Origin: Candidatus Zhuqueibacterota bacterium
GTDB taxonomy: Bacteria > Zhuqueibacterota > Zhuqueibacteria > Thermofontimicrobiales > Thermofontimicrobiaceae
Direction: 5' to 3'
NCBI GenBank assembly: GCA_034505795.1
Contig: JAPDQM010000003.1
Span: 12,557-76,556 of the forward strand
DNA length: 64,000 nucleotides
Within the stretch, counting starts at the first letter, position 1, and every line of letters starts with the position of its first letter. Below the pieces are notes generated by a model that had not been told where the DNA came from, made no database searches, and was given only the letters and a program-made list of their open reading frames with translations. Made by a program: the position numbers and the translations under genes. Of this stretch, positions 61,389 to 64,000 are shown piece by piece.

Positions 61389-62441
61389 ATGAAAAAGTTT
61401 GTAGTTATCCTATTGCTTATTTTGACGCTGGGATTGCTGGCGCAACAAGCTTTTGCTGTAAGTGAGGCGGCATTGTTATTCTTATTAATCTCTCCAGGAG
61501 CCCGTTCTGCGGGCATGGGCGAATCGTTTGTGGGCGTTGCCGATGATGCCTCCGCCGTTTTCTGGAATCCCGCTGGTCTGGCATATCAAGAGGGAAGACA
61601 AATTACTTTCATGCACGCCAACTGGCTGCCGGGCCTGACCAGTGATATATTTTATGAATTTCTTGCCTATCGCATGAGTATCGAGGGCGTGGGGACGATT
61701 GGCTTCAATGTGGTCTATCTCGACCTTGGTGAGCAAACCCGCACCGATGAACAGGGCAATGAATTGGAAAAATTTTCCAGCAACGAATATGCTATTTCTG
61801 CCTCCTATGGCGCGACCGTGACTGACAACCTGGCCATGGGCGTAACGCTGCGTTTCATTCGAAGCAATCTGTCCAAATTCGGCGCTGGCTCGGAGATCGG
61901 TAGCGGTCAGGCCAGCGTTTTTGCATTCGACGTCGGGTTGCTGTATACGTTTCCTTTTCTCAATCAAAAACTGACCTGGGGCATGAACCTTTCGAACATG
62001 GGACCCAAAATCGCCTATATCGATGAAGCCCAGGCCGACCCCCTGCCAACCAATTTGAAAACCGGTTTCGCCTATAAACTGATTAATCAAAAGTACAATA
62101 AACTCACTCTTGCGGCTGATATTAACAAATTGTTGGTGACGCCGCATGGCGATAAACCTGCCGATCCATTTTATCAGGCCATCATCACTTCCTGGTTCGA
62201 TGAACCACTGCAACGGGAACTGGATAAAATCACGCGATCCATTGGGATGGAATATTGGTACAGCGATCTTATTGCGCTGCGAGCCGGTTATTATTTTGAC
62301 AAAGAGGGCAAAGTCAAATATTCAAGTTTTGGTGCAGGTTTGAAATATTCGCTCTACGGCTTTGATTTCGGCTATATTGCAGCGCCGGAAGGTCATCCGT
62401 TGGCGAATACGATGCGCTTCTCGCTGACGGTCGGTTTTTAA
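61389..62441 (+). CDS. PorV/LptO-family outer-membrane beta-barrel (T9SS-associated, FadL-like)
   Basis: Signal peptide, then SPGARSAGMGESFVGVADDASAVFWNPAGLA, as in PorV/UPF0164 proteins. Ends with an aromatic residue. Confidence 0.6.
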   Translation: MKKFVVILLLILTLGLLAQQAFAVSEAALLFLLISPGARSAGMGESFVGVADDASAVFWNPAGLAYQEGRQITFMHANWLPGLTSDIFYEFLAYRMSIEGVGTIGFNVVYLDLGEQTRTDEQGNELEKFSSNEYAISASYGATVTDNLAMGVTLRFIRSNLSKFGAGSEIGSGQASVFAFDVGLLYTFPFLNQKLTWGMNLSNMGPKIAYIDEAQADPLPTNLKTGFAYKLINQKYNKLTLAADINKLLVTPHGDKPADPFYQAIITSWFDEPLQRELDKITRSIGMEYWYSDLIALRAGYYFDKEGKVKYSSFGAGLKYSLYGFDFGYIAAPEGHPLANTMRFSLTVGF

Positions 62442-62706
62442 AGCGCAGCATAAGCTAGCGAATTGGTCAAAGGCATTCATTCGCGATTGAGGATCGGATC
62501 AAGCGGAGATGATTTCTTATTCCAGCTTACCGTAGCTGCAAAATCTATCGCCTCAGACGCTTGATCCTCTCCTCATGGTGAACATCGTCATTTCTACGAT
62601 AGCTGCCAGTCAGTTGCTGCCAGGCCATCTTATTATTATTGGGTTGGGTGAAAAAGGACTTTGATTTCAAAATTGATTACATTCATGAATAGCATAAAGT
62701 TGAAGA

Positions 62707-64000
62707 ATGATCTTGAAACAAACGCTGCGAATCTCGTTAGCACTGCTATGGCTGGGCAGTATCGCTTTCAGTCAACAGCCAGCCAAATCGCCGACATTTC
62801 TTAAGAGCCATCCCTCCGTTCGATTTGTACCTCATTTATCCATGAAGCCCCTGCCAGCCGCGGACATTGCCGCGGCGGAACAGACTTCGTGGCGTCTGCG
62901 GCTCCCTGATACGCTAAGCGTAGTGGCCCTGCGAGTCCAATTTCAGCGGGATAATGATCGCAACACGACTGGCGATGGCTGGTTTGATCTATCGGTTGGC
63001 GATTCCATGATCAATCCTCCGCCTCATAATCGAAAATATTTTTTCAACCAATTGCGGGCATTGCAGGATTATTATTACAAAGTAAGCCAGGGTCGACTCT
63101 TCTTGCAAATTGCCGATGCTTCGGGCGAGGGATTTGTTTATCCATTGGCTGTCGATAGCGCCTGGACCCTGCCCCATCCCATGAGCTATTACAACCCCAA
63201 TGCCACGCAGTCGCTGCTGGATCAACGACTGGCTGAATTATTCCGAGACGCTGTCATGCTGGCCGATGCCAGTGGCCAGGTGGATTTTTCAAAATTCGAT
63301 GTGGTGATCGTTTTCCATGCCGGCGTTGGTGCGGAGTTTACGCAAGATTTCGATACCACTCCGAATGATATTCCCTCGGTGTTTTTGAATTTTGAGGATC
63401 TCCGAAAAACGATTGGTAATAATGCATCAGAATTTGCAGGCATTCCTGTCAACCAGAGTTCTTGTTTCGTGCGCGAGGGAATTATTTTGCCCGAAACAGA
63501 GAATCAGAGCGGTTATAAATCCTTCGGTTTGGTGGGCACCGCGGCCCTAATGATGGGCAATCAATTGGGGTTGCCCAGCCTGTTTGACACCGATACCGGC
63601 CGGCCAGGCATCGGTCGTTTTGGATTGATGGATCAGGGATCTGGCAATTTTTTTGGCAATATTCCGGCACAACCCTGTGCCTGGAGCAAAATATTCCTGG
63701 GCTGGGAGCAACCCATCACGGTTTCGGCTGGTAAGAATTTGCCGGTGGCTGCCACTTTGGCCGCTAATCCCAATAAGATTTACAAAATTCCTATCAACGC
63801 CAAAGAATATTTCTTATTAGAAAATCGACAGCAGCATGTGATTCAAAAGCGAAATATTGGCGTTGGGTACGATGAAAACGGTACGCGAATCGAGTTTTAT
63901 GAAGATGGCACTTATAGTCCCACCCATGGTATTGGCGTAATCGTTTCGATCGATGAATACGACTATGGTCTGCCGGGGTCGGGAATTCTCATCTGGCATA
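62707..64000 (+). CDS. 3'-truncated secreted M6 (InhA)-like metallopeptidase homolog with a substituted HExxH motif
   Basis: Frame open from ATG 62707 to the window end. Signal peptide. GTAALMMGNQLGLPSLFDTDTG...GLMDQGSGNF...PCAWSKIFLGW resembles the M6 active-site region HE[FY]GHDLGLPDxYDT...GSW, with H-E-x-x-H replaced by L-M-M-G-N. Confidence 0.4.
   Translation, partial: MILKQTLRISLALLWLGSIAFSQQPAKSPTFLKSHPSVRFVPHLSMKPLPAADIAAAEQTSWRLRLPDTLSVVALRVQFQRDNDRNTTGDGWFDLSVGDSMINPPPHNRKYFFNQLRALQDYYYKVSQGRLFLQIADASGEGFVYPLAVDSAWTLPHPMSYYNPNATQSLLDQRLAELFRDAVMLADASGQVDFSKFDVVIVFHAGVGAEFTQDFDTTPNDIPSVFLNFEDLRKTIGNNASEFAGIPVNQSSCFVREGIILPETENQSGYKSFGLVGTAALMMGNQLGLPSLFDTDTGRPGIGRFGLMDQGSGNFFGNIPAQPCAWSKIFLGWEQPITVSAGKNLPVAATLAANPNKIYKIPINAKEYFLLENRQQHVIQKRNIGVGYDENGTRIEFYEDGTYSPTHGIGVIVSIDEYDYGLPGSGILIWH

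Noticed and set aside
1-64000. CRISPR arrays, transposases, integrases, phage genes
   Set aside because: No regularly spaced direct repeats. No ORF carries a DDE, tyrosine- or serine-recombinase motif. The tRNA-Pro at 20290 has no adjacent integrase or att-like duplication.

Overview
The window is a 64 kb bacterial chromosomal segment of roughly 50% GC. It has lineage markers of an FCB-group or candidate-phylum organism with a type IX secretion system: a PorV-like outer-membrane protein, a T9SS-type C-terminal sorting domain on the 5'-truncated first ORF, a TonB-dependent receptor and an OPT transporter. The second half (about 31-61 kb) is dense + strand housekeeping: cobB, pyrK-pyrD, rlpA-like, cdsA, capA, ecfT-truA-tal, htrA, purB-purC, psd-pssA, tatA x2, gatA-gatB, accB-accC, gcvH-gcvPA. 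The first half is more accessory-like. It holds tdh next to a stand-alone radical SAM/SPASM enzyme, a 1142-aa PHP-domain::UvrD-helicase fusion flanked by long non-coding stretches, an ECF sigma/anti-sigma pair followed by a catalytically dead HtrA paralog, and tRNA-Pro(UGG). It also holds a 5-6 gene minus-strand operon (OmpA-like, queH, AmmeMemoRadiSam-type radical SAM, Cys/His membrane protein, AlkP-superfamily phosphodiesterase, hypothetical), an SLBB/OM-barrel/methyltransferase operon, and an OPT-transporter / PqqD-like (RRE) / M29-peptidase cluster with a translationally coupled 32-aa upstream ORF. I also found a repeated intergenic element with terminal inverted repeats (two copies) and a perfect 29-bp palindrome. 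I found no CRISPR array, transposase or integrase. All functional calls rest on motif recognition by eye and not on database searches.
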